64,000 nt of DNA from Alphaproteobacteria bacterium (GTDB lineage Bacteria; Pseudomonadota; Alphaproteobacteria; JAAXGF01): contig CAUVXB020000002.1 of NCBI GenBank assembly GCA_963555825.3, positions 96,001 to 160,000 on the forward strand, read 5' to 3'. A program made the translations under genes and the position numbers. Below are positions 51,314 to 62,133 of the stretch, in pieces; within the stretch, counting starts at the first letter, position 1; every line of letters begins with the position of its first letter. The notes under the pieces were generated by a model that saw nothing but the letters and a program-made list of their open reading frames with translations, did not search any database and was not told the origin of the DNA.

Positions 51314-54300
51314 ATGACCTCCTCGACCTCGACCGTGTACGTGCCGGTATCGCGGGAATTCCAGGCCTGGACGGAGATGGCATAGACGCCGTTGCTGTCC
51401 GGAGCGAAGTCGAGTCGGCTGTTCCTGCCCGTCCCTCCGTTGTTGTCGGAGCGGTCGAGAGACTCCGGATTTTCTTTACTTGGTGCTGCTGCGCCCAACT
51501 TATACAGTCTGTGAATGTAGGGGTCGGCCAGTGTCCCGTCGCCCGTGTCCGCGCCCTTGACGTGGATCCGATAGGTCTTTCCCTGGTCCAATTCGAACCG
51601 GAAAAAGTCTCGGTCCCATTCGTCCTCCAGGTTCCCCGTCGTGGAGCCGCCCACCGCGACCCTCCCGATATCGTTGGAGTCGGCGTGGATGCGGCGCCCT
51701 GCGCTGCCTGCAATATCGGCGTGATGATAATAGATGCCTCCGACGTTGCCGCCGCCGGGGTAGTCGTCGCCGGCTTTCTGCACCGTCAGAGTGTAGGTTC
51801 CGGTGTGGTTAAAGGCGGTATTGGCGTGACCGGCGGCGATGTAGTAGGTGCCGGCTTCGCCGGAGGTGAAGATGAGCTTGCTGTCCGCGCCCGTCCCCGA
51901 GTTGTTGTTGGAGGTGTCCGCGATCTCGTTGCCATCCTTGTCGTAGACCCCGTGAATTTGGGGGTCCCACAGCGTCCCGGACCCGGACGACTGGCCCTTG
52001 AGGTCGAACCGGTACTCCGTGTTCGCCTCGAGCTCGACCGCGAACCAGTCCCGGTCGCCGTCATAGTCGATGTTCCCCGTCACGAAGACGGGCACCGCGA
52101 CCACCCCTGTGGTGTGGGTGTTCGCCGAGTAGTCGTCGTCGCTGCGGAAAGTGGCCACGGTCAGGCGATAGGTGCCGGTATAGTGGGCGTTGCCGGCCGT
52201 CGCGATGTAGTAGGTGCCGTCTTCCTCCGGCTCGAAGACGAAGCGGGTGTTGTAGCCCACACCACCGTCGTTTTTTTCGGTGCCGGGGATCTTCGTGCCG
52301 TTCGGCTTGTAGATGCCCTGGAGGTAGGGGTCCCGCAGCGTCCCGTCGGTCGTGTCCGTTTCCGCGAAGTTCGCACCCTCGATGTCGATCTGGTATTCCA
52401 CCCCCGCCAGGAGCTGGATCTTGAACCAGTCCCTCTCTCCCGATTGCTCGATGTCACCCGTCGCGGAGCCGCCCACCTCGATATCGGTGGCAGTGTGCTT
52501 GACGACACCGAACACGCTGGTTGCCGTCACGGACAGGCGGTAGGTTCCTCCGGTAAAGGGGTTTGAATTGCCGACGGCGATGTAGTAGGTGCCGTCGGCC
52601 TCCACCCGGAAATTTGAGAGGCGGCTGTCAAGTCCCTCGCCGCCGTCGTCGTCATTCGGAGTCGGGGAGTTTCGTGGCGCCATGCCAGACGCCTAGAAGG
52701 TAGGGGTCGACCAAAGTGCCGGCAAACGTGTCCGAGCCCCTGAGGTCGATCCGGTATTCCACCCCCGCCAGGAGCTCGACCGCGAACCAGTCCCGGTCGG
52801 CGCGGGCATCGGCCTCGATTCGCCCCGTTGCGAAGCCGCCCACCGCGACCGTCCCCGTGGTGCTGGTGTCGCCCGCGTAATCGTCGTCCGATTCTCCTCG
52901 ACACATCCACGCGGTAGGTTCCGGTACCGCCGTCGGCACTGCGCACGGCGATGTAGTAGATGCCGCCGGTCGGCGCCTCGAAAAGGACCCCGGCTGTTCG
53001 TACCTCCGCCGGAGTTATCGTTCGTGGTGTTTTCGATCAGATTGCCGCTCGAGTCGTGGATGCCCACCAGGTAGGGGTCGCGCAGCGCGCCAGCAATAAA
53101 ATCCGAGCCGAGGACATCGATTTCGTATTGCACTCCCCCATCTCGAGCTCGACCTTGAACCAGTCCACGTCGCGCCTGGTCTCGATTTCACCCGTTGCGA
53201 AGCCGCCCACCTCGACCGTCCCGGCGGTGCGGATGTCCGCCGGGTAGTCGTCGGTTCTCGTCACGGACAGGCGGTACCGTCCGCTGCTGCTGCCAGCTGC
53301 GCGGCCGAGGACGATATAGTAGGTGCCTTCGGTCGGCGGTTCGATGTCGAGTACTGCGACTTTGTCACCGCGAAAACGGAAAATGTGGTCGACTTGGTTG
53401 CCGAGATCGTCATAGACGGCAAAAACTGCAGGCTTGGCGAGCGCTCTGCCGGGAAGGGCATCGTCCACGCCTTCCATTTCGATCCGGTAGTTTACGCCCG
53501 CCCCAAGTTCGACCGCGAACCAGGCCCTCTCTCTATCGGAAGCGATTAATCCCGTCGGTGGGTTGTCGACGTCTCCGACCTCGACGGTCTTTGCGGAGGA
53601 CTGATGGTAGAAAACTCTTCGGCTTCCGTCACCGACAGGCGGTAGGTTCCGGTAGACAGTTTTGTATAATACTGGTTTGTATAATACTGCTCGCGGCGAT
53701 GTAGTAGGTGCCGCCAGTGTCCGGAGCGAACAACAATCGGGCGTTCCGACCCTCGCCACCGTCGTTGTTGGTGCTGGTGCCCGGGACTTTTTGGCCCTTC
53801 GCGTCGTAGATGCCGCTAATAGAGGGATCTGGCAGCGTCCCGTGCCCGTCCGGCGCGCTCGACGCGCCCTCGAGGTCGATCCGGTAGGTCCGCCCCGCCA
53901 GGAGCTCGACCTTGAACCAGTCCACGTCGCCACCGGCCGATCCGGTACGCGGCGGCCCGATCACGCCGGTGACCGATCCGCCCACCGCGACCGTCCCCGG
54001 GTGACGATATCGCCCGTGTAGTCGTCGCCGGCGCGCTGCTGCTGGCTTACGAGCGGTTCTGTCCTCGCTGTCGGGGAAAACCTGCGCGTCGGGGAAACCC
54101 GTCTCGAACAAGCTGACGGACAGCGGGCCGGCCTCGCCAAACGGCGGCCGGGTGAACAAGCTGACGGATGGCGGGCCGGCCTCGCCAAACGGCGGCCGGG
54201 TGATTTGCCTCTCCGGCTCCTCCACCTCCGGCACGGGCGTGACATCCGGCACCACCTCCGGCACGGGCGTGACATCCGTCACCACCTCCGGCTCGGGCGT

Positions 54301-55248
54301 GACATCCGTCACCGTGAGCCTGTAGGTGCCCGTCTCGTCGCGGTCGCCCGATGCCTCCACATAGTACTTCCCCGCCTCCGTCGCCGTGAACGTCACCCGG
54401 CTGTCGCGCGAGCCCTGGAAGTCGTCGTTGTAGGTCCGGTGCTGCCCGTCGCCGGTGCTCTTGTTGCCCTCGGCATCCAGGATGCGCCGCAGGAAGGTGT
54501 CCGAGAGCGTGCCGTGCCCGCCCGGCGCGCCCTGCAGGTCGAATCGGTAGGTGCGGCCCGCCTCAAGCTCGACCTCGAACCAGTCCTTGTCGCCCGCGGT
54601 CTCGATCTCGCCGGTGGCCGAGCCGCCGACCGCGACGGCTGCTGTCGTGGTGGTATCAGCTGCGATGTCAGTCACCACCACCGGCACGGGCGCGGCATCC
54701 TTCACCACCACCGGCACGGGCGCGGCATCCTTCACCACCTCCGGCACGGGCGCGGCATCCTTCACCACCTCCGGCACGGGCGCGGCATCCTTCACCACCT
54801 CCGGCTCAGGCGTGACATCCGGCACCACCTCCGGCTCGGGCGTAACATCCGGCACCACCTCCGGCTTGGGCGTGACATCCGTCACCGTGAGCCTGTAGGT
54901 GCCCGTCTCGTCGCGGTCGCCCGATGCCTCCACATAGTACGTCCCCGCCTCCGTCGCCGTGAACGTCACCCGGCTGTCGCGCGAGCCCTGGAAGTCGTCG
55001 TTGTAGGTCCGGTGCTGCCCGTCGCCGGTGCTCTTGTTGCCCTCGGCATCCAGGATGCGCCGCAGGAAGGTGTCCGAGAGCGTGCCGTGCCCGCCCGGCG
55101 CGCCCTGCAGGTCGAATCGGTAGGTGCGGCCCGCCTCAAGCTCGACCTCGAACCAGTCCTTGTCGGCCGCGGTCTCGATCTCGCCGGTGGCCGAGCCGCC
55201 GACCGCGACGGCCGCTGTCGTGGTGGTATCAGCTGCGATGTCAGTCAT
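51310..55248 (-). CDS. T1SS substrate of nine PPC-like beta-sandwich repeats (about 6 frameshifts)
   Basis: Repeated DDY..T.G.VAVGGS.TG.I...D.DWF.VEL..G..YRIDL.G...L.DP..NDD..S...F....GTYYI....TGTYRL spread over ORFs 53629-55248, 53037-53933, 52693-53133, 52652-52939 and 51310-52683. Confidence 0.75.
54090..55245 (-). repeat. 30-bp (PEVVKDAAPV/PEVVPDVT) and 48-bp tandem repeats plus a nearly identical 370-bp domain duplication
   Basis: About 7 units at 54672-54885, about 3 at 54220-54312, 2x48 bp at 54105-54202; 54300-54675 is nearly identical to 54873-55247. Confidence 0.85.
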
Positions 55249-55601
55249 GACCGATTACCCCGATATAGTCTGCATGATGTCCTGCCCGATATGCCGGCGG
55301 CCCGGACCCCGAGGCACATCCCCACCCCCGGCCCTGCGCGCCCGGTTGCCGGTCGGGGAAACTCCGGGTTCGGCGTGGAACCTTGCCCCCTTGGAACCTA
55401 ATAACGTCGATGGGTTAGAACGCGGATCGGCGTCGAATACGCACGCCGAACAACAGACGAGCCTTGCAGGCTCAACTTTCACCAACAAACGATCCATGTC
55501 GGTCTCCCATTCCCCCTGACTGCCCGGCCGCTTGTCGCCCCACGCACAACATCACGCACGCCAAGGGCGCCTGAAGCCCGCCGCGCTGCCTGTCCGTAAT
55601 A

Positions 55602-58169
55602 CCGTGGCGTCCGCACTCCATTCCCCTTGCAAGTTTAGACAGTTATGTGTGACAGTAGTGCCAATTCTCGGGGTTTTGTACGAATTAGACACGAATTCTT
55701 CGCGATTTCTACGCGATCCATCGGGAATCGGACAGAACCGAAGGAGCCGGACCCCTTCCGCGGTCCGCCGGCGAATCTGTCCCCGGCCGGGCCGGCAACG
55801 CGGTCCGCGGCGGGTGCAGGGAGGATGGAATGACCGACCGCGAACCGACGGCAGCCGAGAACGAGGCGCTGCGCGCGCGCATCTCGGCGCTCAGCGCGGC
55901 GAGCCTGCGCATCAGCGCAAGCCTCGACCTGGAGACCGTCCTCAACGAGATCGTAGACAGCGCCCGGGCGCTCACTGGCGCCCGCTTCGCCGCCATCGCC
56001 ACCATCGACGAGGCGGGCGCGCCCCAGGACTTCGTCACCTCGGGCTTCACCGCCGACGAGCACCGGCGCCTGGCGGAGTGGTCCGAGGGCCCGCGGCTCT
56101 TCGAGCACTTCCGCGACCTCGAGGGGCCGCTCCGGATCGCCGACGTTTCGGCCTATGTGCAGGCGCTCGGCTTCCCGACCGACCGGCTGCCGTCGAAGAC
56201 CTTCCAGGGCACGCCGATGCGCCATCGCGGCGTCCATGTCGGCAACTTCTATCTCGTCGAGAAGGAGGGCGGCGAGGCGTTCACCGACGAGGACGAGGAG
56301 ATCCTGGTGCTGTTCGCCTCCCAGGCCGCGACCGCGATCGCCAATGCGCGGACCTACCGCGCCGAGCAGCGCGCCCGCGCCGACCTCGAGGCGCTGATCG
56401 AGACCTCGCCGGTCGGCGTCGTGGTGTTCGACGCCGGCACCGGCCGGCCGGTCTCGCTCAACCGCGAGGCCAGGCGGATCGTCGAGAGCCTGCGCATGCC
56501 GGGCCGCACCGCCGAGGACCTGCTCGGGATCCTCACCTGCCGCTTCGCCGACGGGCGCGAGATCGCCCTCGACAAGTTCCCGCTGGCGCAGGCGCTGAGC
56601 AGCGCCGAGACGGTGCGCGCCGAGGAGATCGTGCTCTCGGTCCCCGACGGGCGCAGCGTCACGATTCTTGTCAACGCGACGCCGATCCACGCCGAGGACG
56701 GCGCCGTCGCGTCGGTGGTGGTCACCATGCAGGACCTCGCCCCGCTTCAGGAACTGGAGCGGATGCGGGCGGAGTTCCTCGGCATGGTGAGCCACGAGCT
56801 GCGCGTGCCGCTGACCTCCATCAAGGGCTCGACCGCCGCGGCGCTCGGCGCCGCGCGGCTCGTCGCGCCGGCCGAGACGCGCGAGTACTTCCGCATCATC
56901 GACGACCAGGCCGACCGCATGATCGGGCTGATCGCCGACCTGCTCGATGCCGGGCGCATCGAAACCGGCACGCTCTCGGTCTCGCCCGAGCCCTCGGAGG
57001 TCGGCGCCCTGGTGGACCAGGCCCGCAACGCCTTCCTCTCCGGCGGCGCCCGACACGCCGTCCTGATCGACCTGCCGCCCGGCCTGCCGCCGGTGCTGGC
57101 CGACCGCCAGCGCATCGTGCAGGTGCTGAACAACCTCTTGGCGAACGCCGCGCGCCACTGCCCGGACACCGCTCCCATCCGGATCGCTGCGGAACGCGAC
57201 GGGGTGCATGTCGCGGTCTCGGTTGCAGACGAGGGAAGGGGCATCGCGCCGGAGCGCCTCGGGCAACTCTTCCGCAAATACGTCACCGCCGGGGACCGCG
57301 ACGGCGAGGTCGGCGGCGGGCTGGGACTTGCCATCTGCAAGGGCCTGGTCGAGGCTCACGGCGGGCGCATCCGGGCCGAGAGCGGCGGCCTCGGCCTCGG
57401 CGCCCGCTTCACCTTCACGCTCCCGGTAGCCCAGACGGCCAGCACCGGCGCCCTCCCGCGCCGCCCCGGCAGGCCCGGCGCGGAGACCGAAGCGGCGCCC
57501 ATCCTCGTGGTCGACGACGACCCGGAGACGCTGCGCCATGTCCGCGACACGCTCGCGGACGCGGGTTTCGCCCCCCTGGTCACCGGCGACCACCGGGAGA
57601 TGTCGCGCATCCTCCAGGCCGAGAAGCCCCAGTTGGTGCTGCTCGACCTGATGCTGCCCGGGACCGACGGGGTGCAGCTGATGCAGACCGTTCCGGAGCT
57701 CGCCGACCAGCCGGTCATCTTCATCTCGGGCTACGGGCGCGACGAGACCATCGCGAGTGCGTTCGAGGCCGGCGCCGACGACTACATCGTCAAGCCCTTC
57801 TCGCCGACCGAACTGGTGGCGCGGATCCGTGCGGCGCTGCGGCGCAGGGCCGACCCGGTCCCGATGGTGCTGGGCGATCTCGCCATCGACTACGACCGGC
57901 GCCGGGTCACGGTGGCCGGGCGAGCGGTCGAGCTGACGGCGACCGAGTACGAACTCCTGCGCGTTCTTTCGCAGGGCGCCGGCCGTGTCCTGACCCACGA
58001 TACCCTGCTGCGCCGGGTCTGGAACGGGCGGACCGCCGACCCGAAGATCGTGCGCGCCTACGTGAAGCGGCTGCGCAGCAAGCTCGGCGACGATGCGCAG
58101 CGGCCAGCCTACATTCTGACCGAGCGCCGGGTGGGCTACCGCATGCCCGGGCCCGGCGACCCATAGCCG
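55602..58169 (+). repeat. 2.57-kb direct repeat, copy 2
   Basis: Matches 36302-38869. Confidence 0.95.
55830..58166 (+). CDS. GAF-PAS-HisKA-HATPase-REC-wHTH hybrid kinase/regulator, copy 2
   Basis: 778 aa, differs from copy 1 at 5 residues. Confidence 0.92.
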   Translation: MTDREPTAAENEALRARISALSAASLRISASLDLETVLNEIVDSARALTGARFAAIATIDEAGAPQDFVTSGFTADEHRRLAEWSEGPRLFEHFRDLEGPLRIADVSAYVQALGFPTDRLPSKTFQGTPMRHRGVHVGNFYLVEKEGGEAFTDEDEEILVLFASQAATAIANARTYRAEQRARADLEALIETSPVGVVVFDAGTGRPVSLNREARRIVESLRMPGRTAEDLLGILTCRFADGREIALDKFPLAQALSSAETVRAEEIVLSVPDGRSVTILVNATPIHAEDGAVASVVVTMQDLAPLQELERMRAEFLGMVSHELRVPLTSIKGSTAAALGAARLVAPAETREYFRIIDDQADRMIGLIADLLDAGRIETGTLSVSPEPSEVGALVDQARNAFLSGGARHAVLIDLPPGLPPVLADRQRIVQVLNNLLANAARHCPDTAPIRIAAERDGVHVAVSVADEGRGIAPERLGQLFRKYVTAGDRDGEVGGGLGLAICKGLVEAHGGRIRAESGGLGLGARFTFTLPVAQTASTGALPRRPGRPGAETEAAPILVVDDDPETLRHVRDTLADAGFAPLVTGDHREMSRILQAEKPQLVLLDLMLPGTDGVQLMQTVPELADQPVIFISGYGRDETIASAFEAGADDYIVKPFSPTELVARIRAALRRRADPVPMVLGDLAIDYDRRRVTVAGRAVELTATEYELLRVLSQGAGRVLTHDTLLRRVWNGRTADPKIVRAYVKRLRSKLGDDAQRPAYILTERRVGYRMPGPGDP

Positions 58170-58385
58170 GCTTAAGTGTTTTCAAGGTGGTTATCACCGC
58201 CTCAGTCTGTATGGGACTTCTCCCGCAGGCGGTCGTAGTGTTGGGTGTTGGCCAGGGGCTCATTGACAAGCTTGAGAGCCAGCGGTGGTGGCAAGGGTGC
58301 GGGCCTGGGGTCCTCGATCAAGCGCATCAGGATGTTGGTGATGTGTAGTTTGGAGACGGGCCGCTGGCAAAGTGCCAGGGTCACC
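58170..58385 (-). pseudogene. IS21 istA/istB junction remnant
   Basis: HITNILMRLIED..EPLANTQHYDRLR; 58171-58305 is a near reverse complement of 45440-45574. Confidence 0.7.
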
Positions 58386-58624
58386 TCGGCCTCCGCCGCC
58401 GCCAGGTTGCCCTTCGGCGACGATACCCCCGCCCGTCCTGCCGGCCTTCGGGCTCTGCCGCCTGCGCCCGGACCGATTGCGCATGCCCGATTGCGTTCCA
58501 CTCGCTTGCGCCGGCGCGTGCCCGGTCTCACATGTGGTTCAGGAACCCGGACCGCGAGATCCCGGCGGAGACGATGCGGAGGCGGGGTTCGCGGTCCAGA
58601 GAACCTGACAGGAACGTTTGCAAT

Positions 58625-58945
58625 GGGCGCCAGGATGCAGGCCTCCATCCCGAGCCGCCGCGCGGAGGCGGCAGCGATGCGCACCAGGTTCGACTGCACC
58701 GCGCCGGTGACCAGCACCGTGTCGGCGCCGCGCGCCTCAGCTTCGCCGAAGTGGAACTCGATCTGGCGCACCTTGTTGCCGCCGAACGCGAGGCCGGTGC
58801 AGTCGTCGCGCTTGATCCAGAGATCGATGCCAAGCGCCCCGCCAAGGTTCGGCGCGGGATCGAGCGGCGTCGGCGTATGGCCGAGCCGCGCCCGCGGGAA
58901 GCGGGCGATGCCGGCAAGGGAACTGGGCATGACGGGAACAGGCAT
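58625..58945 (-). pseudogene. dcyD: D-cysteine desulfhydrase/ACC deaminase family, 3'-truncated
   Basis: LGHTPTPL, KRDDCTGLAFGGNKVR, GAVQSN; homology stops after about 105 aa. Confidence 0.8.
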
Positions 58946-59754
58946 GTCCGGTGGCTTCTCCGGGGAAGTGTTTTAGTATGCGCCCAGACAGGCGCCCTCG
59001 CCGGGCGGCCGATGCAAGCGGATTTTGCCGCCCGCGGCGATAACGCGGCCCCCCGGTATTGAAGTCGGCGGAGGTACCACGATCTTCATTGCCATGGGAT
59101 CGGGTTTCTCCTTGGCTTGTAAATCAGCCTGGCGCTCCAGCCACTTTGCGAAGACCTCTTCATCGTGGCCGCCGCCGACAGAAGCGCATTCAATTTTCTC
59201 ATCAGACCTTCGGTGAGTACGGTTTCATCGATAGCCATTTCCTGAACCTCTCACTTCCAACTTCTTTCACCGTCGAACAGCGGGGCTTTGATAGGACAGA
59301 TTGCCACTGTTCCGCAGCGGTTTACGTGTAATGGCCTGCACGCCTAATAATCACTTTCGTATCTAATCCTCTAAGAATTAAGTCAAATTACGCTACTAGA
59401 TTACCGTCGGCACGGAACTCGATTCTATACCGCCCCTCTTTCATGAAGCGTCTCAACTTTTTTGCGAGACATTATCTGACGTTTCCGATCTATTTCCCGC
59501 CGCCAGATTGTGGTGGTCCCAAAGACATTGTCACGTTATTGAACGGCCGTGCCGCGAATTGGCTGTCAATGGCGGAGCAAAAAGGGACCACCTCGGCGGT
59601 GTAAGAAGGGACCGCTTGGCGGCTGCGGGCTTGTCCCCGTAGTCCACGGGAGGGCCCCGCGCGCGACGCGGCGTGCCCTCAACAGGCTGACGCGGCGGCG
59701 CGCGCGGGAGGGACCTGTGGGCCCACGGGGTCAAGCGTGGGCTGGGTGGTCGGT

Positions 59755-60519
59755 TCAGTTAGCAGTCGGGGTTTGACGCCTGCGGCTCTGGTTGAGCCTG
59801 TAGCTGTCACCGTTCATCTCGAGGATGTTGACGTGGTGGGTGAGGCGATCGAGGAGCGCGCCGGTGAGGCGCTCGGAGCCGAACACCTCGGTCCATTCGT
59901 CGAAGGGCAGATTGGTGGTGACCAGGGTCGAGCCCCGCTCGTAGCGTTGGCTGAACACCTCGAACAACAGCTCGGCGCCGGTCTTCGACAGCGGCACGAA
60001 GCCGAGTTCGTCGACGATCAGAAGCTTGTAGGTGGCGAGCTTCTTCTGGAACCTCAGCAGCTGCTTGTCATCGCGGGCCTCGATGAGTTCGTGGACCAGC
60101 GCGGCGGCGGTGATGAAGCCGACCGAGAGGCCCTTCTGGCAGGCCGCCAGGCCGAGACCGAGGGCGATGTGGGTCTTGCCGGTCCCACTGTTGCCGAGCG
60201 CGATGAGGTTCTCGCGGCGCTCGATGTACTCGCAGCGGGCCAGCTCCAGGACCAGCGCCTTGTTGAGCGAGGGGATGACCTTGAAGTCGAAGCTGTCGAG
60301 GCTCTTGACCACGGGGAAGCGCGCCGCCTTGATGCGCCGCTCGACCATGCGGCGCTCGCGGTCGATCAGCTCGAGCTCGGCGAGTCTCAACAGGTAGCGG
60401 ACGTGATCGACGCCTTCCGAGGCGCACTGCCGGGCGATCTTGTCGTACTCGCGCAGGAAGGTCGGCAGCTTCAGCGTCTTGAGGTGGTGGGCGAGCAGCA
60501 CTTGCGGTGTGTCGGTCAT
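59755..60519 (-). CDS. istB: IstB ATPase
   Basis: GNSGTGKTH, IVDELG, TTNLPF, LLDRLTHH. Confidence 0.93.
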   Translation of the reverse strand: MTDTPQVLLAHHLKTLKLPTFLREYDKIARQCASEGVDHVRYLLRLAELELIDRERRMVERRIKAARFPVVKSLDSFDFKVIPSLNKALVLELARCEYIERRENLIALGNSGTGKTHIALGLGLAACQKGLSVGFITAAALVHELIEARDDKQLLRFQKKLATYKLLIVDELGFVPLSKTGAELLFEVFSQRYERGSTLVTTNLPFDEWTEVFGSERLTGALLDRLTHHVNILEMNGDSYRLNQSRRRQTPTAN

Positions 60520-62015
60520 GCGCCGAGCCCCGACAGCAGGCTCATGTACGACTTGGCGGACGTCATCGCGACCCGGGCGCGCGGCAGATACGGATAGACG
60601 TCGAGGTTGAGCCTGGGCGGCCGCCGCTCGATGCGGCACAGTACCAGGTGCTTCACCGCATCAAAGCCGATTGCGCCGAGCCGCAGGGCGTCGCCGACCG
60701 CACCCTCGACCTCCTCGAGCCGGAAGGTCTCCAGTAGACGGAGCACCTGGACGTACTCGCGCTTGCCTGCCTTGCCCATACGAGCTTCGAGGAGCCGCCG
60801 CAGAGTGATGAAGGCCTCGGGCAGGTCCCAGCCCGCCAATGGCGCGGCCTGGTCGAGGGCGCCGATCTTCTGCTCGATCAAGGGCAGGTAATGCAGCGGG
60901 TCGAAGATCAGGTCCTCGCTGTCGTAGGACCGGCGGTGCCGGGCGATCACCTCGGCCCCGCAGCTGATCACCACCTCATCGACGTAGCCCCGGATGAGCA
61001 CCTCACGGTGGCCGTAGGCCACGGGCACGGAATAGTCGTTGCTGCGGTAACGCACCAGCGACAGCGAACTCGCCCGTCCAGGGCGCTTATCGCAGGCATC
61101 ATAGGGAGCAGGCGGCAATGGCAAGAGAACTTGACGATCCCGCTCGAGACGCTCGCCGATGGTCTCCTTGTGGCCCCGCAGCCGCGCCGCCTGGCGCCGG
61201 CGGCACTGTTCGGCGAGAGCATCGTTGAGGGCCGCGAAGCTCTCGGCACGCGGGACGGGGACCAGGAAGTTCCGCCGGATGAAGCCGACCAGTCCCTCGA
61301 CCTTGCCCTTGTCGTTGCCCTTGCCCGGCCGGCCGAACCTGTCCTCGAACAGATAGTGGGACTGAAGCTCCGTGAAGACGCGCGTTCGCTGCCGCTTCCC
61401 ATCGCCCAGGATCCGGGCAACCGCCAGCTTGGTGTTGTCGTACAGGATGGATCGGGGGACGCCGCCGAAGAAGGCAAACGCCGCGTTGTGGCCATCGCAG
61501 AATGCTTCGGTCGTCTCCGCCGGATAGGCCGCAACAAAGCAACCATCACTGTGGGGAAGGTCGAAGGCAAGGAAGTGGATCTTCCGTAACGCGCCGCCGA
61601 TCACCGCCATCGCTTCGCCGAAGTCCGCCTGGGCGTGACCGGGGGAATGGGAGAGTGGCACGAACACCTCACGCGACCGAAGCCCCTGCTCACGAACGTA
61701 GTCCTTCACGATGGTGTAGCCGCCCGTGAAACCGTACTCGTCCCGGAGGCGGTCGAAGATGCGCTTCGCAGTGTGCCGTTGCTTGCGGTGGCTGGTCCGA
61801 TCGTCTTCCAAGATCCGATCGATGATTCCCGTGAACGGACCCAGCTTTGGCCGCCTCGGCGGCGCGCTTCGGCGATACCCTGGCGGCACCGAGAACGACA
61901 GCATCTTACGGACCGTCTTGCGGTCTACACCAAACACCCGCGAGGCCTCGCGGGTGCTCATCCCCTCGACATGACACGCCCGCCGAACCCGTGCGTACAA
62001 CTCCACCCGATACAT
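60516..62015 (-). CDS. istA: IstA transposase
   Basis: QADFG, LYDN, KGKVEG. Confidence 0.92.
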   Translation of the reverse strand: MYRVELYARVRRACHVEGMSTREASRVFGVDRKTVRKMLSFSVPPGYRRSAPPRRPKLGPFTGIIDRILEDDRTSHRKQRHTAKRIFDRLRDEYGFTGGYTIVKDYVREQGLRSREVFVPLSHSPGHAQADFGEAMAVIGGALRKIHFLAFDLPHSDGCFVAAYPAETTEAFCDGHNAAFAFFGGVPRSILYDNTKLAVARILGDGKRQRTRVFTELQSHYLFEDRFGRPGKGNDKGKVEGLVGFIRRNFLVPVPRAESFAALNDALAEQCRRRQAARLRGHKETIGERLERDRQVLLPLPPAPYDACDKRPGRASSLSLVRYRSNDYSVPVAYGHREVLIRGYVDEVVISCGAEVIARHRRSYDSEDLIFDPLHYLPLIEQKIGALDQAAPLAGWDLPEAFITLRRLLEARMGKAGKREYVQVLRLLETFRLEEVEGAVGDALRLGAIGFDAVKHLVLCRIERRPPRLNLDVYPYLPRARVAMTSAKSYMSLLSGLGA

Positions 62016-62133
62016 CCCCCCCGCCTTCCAGTCAGAGCAACCCTGACAGAAGGCTATACGCGGTCCCATTTTGGTCCGCCGCAGCCGGATCGACCGGCCG
62101 CTTCAGTGGGGGATTATTGCTCTGCCGTTCTCA

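Larger units (their letters stand above)
59564..62133 (-). mobile_element. Intact IS21-family element
   Basis: IRs TGTCAATGGCGGAGCAAAAA and TGAGAACGGCAGAGCAATAA; istA plus istB. Confidence 0.9.

Noticed and set aside
47853-51713. 1286-aa ORF suggesting a giant HlyD fusion
   Set aside because: Only the part from ATG 49391 is HlyD; the upstream part is an off-frame read of the ABC gene.
55260-55520. Possible riboswitch or leader peptide upstream of the T1SS substrate; TGGAACCT direct repeat
   Set aside because: No recognisable riboswitch consensus by eye; an Rfam scan would be needed.
59060-59240. Minus-strand fragment MAIDETVLTEGLMRKLNAL / EEVFAKWLERQ with RBS
   Set aside because: Looks like a broken small gene, but it is frameshifted and truncated, and I cannot assign a family.
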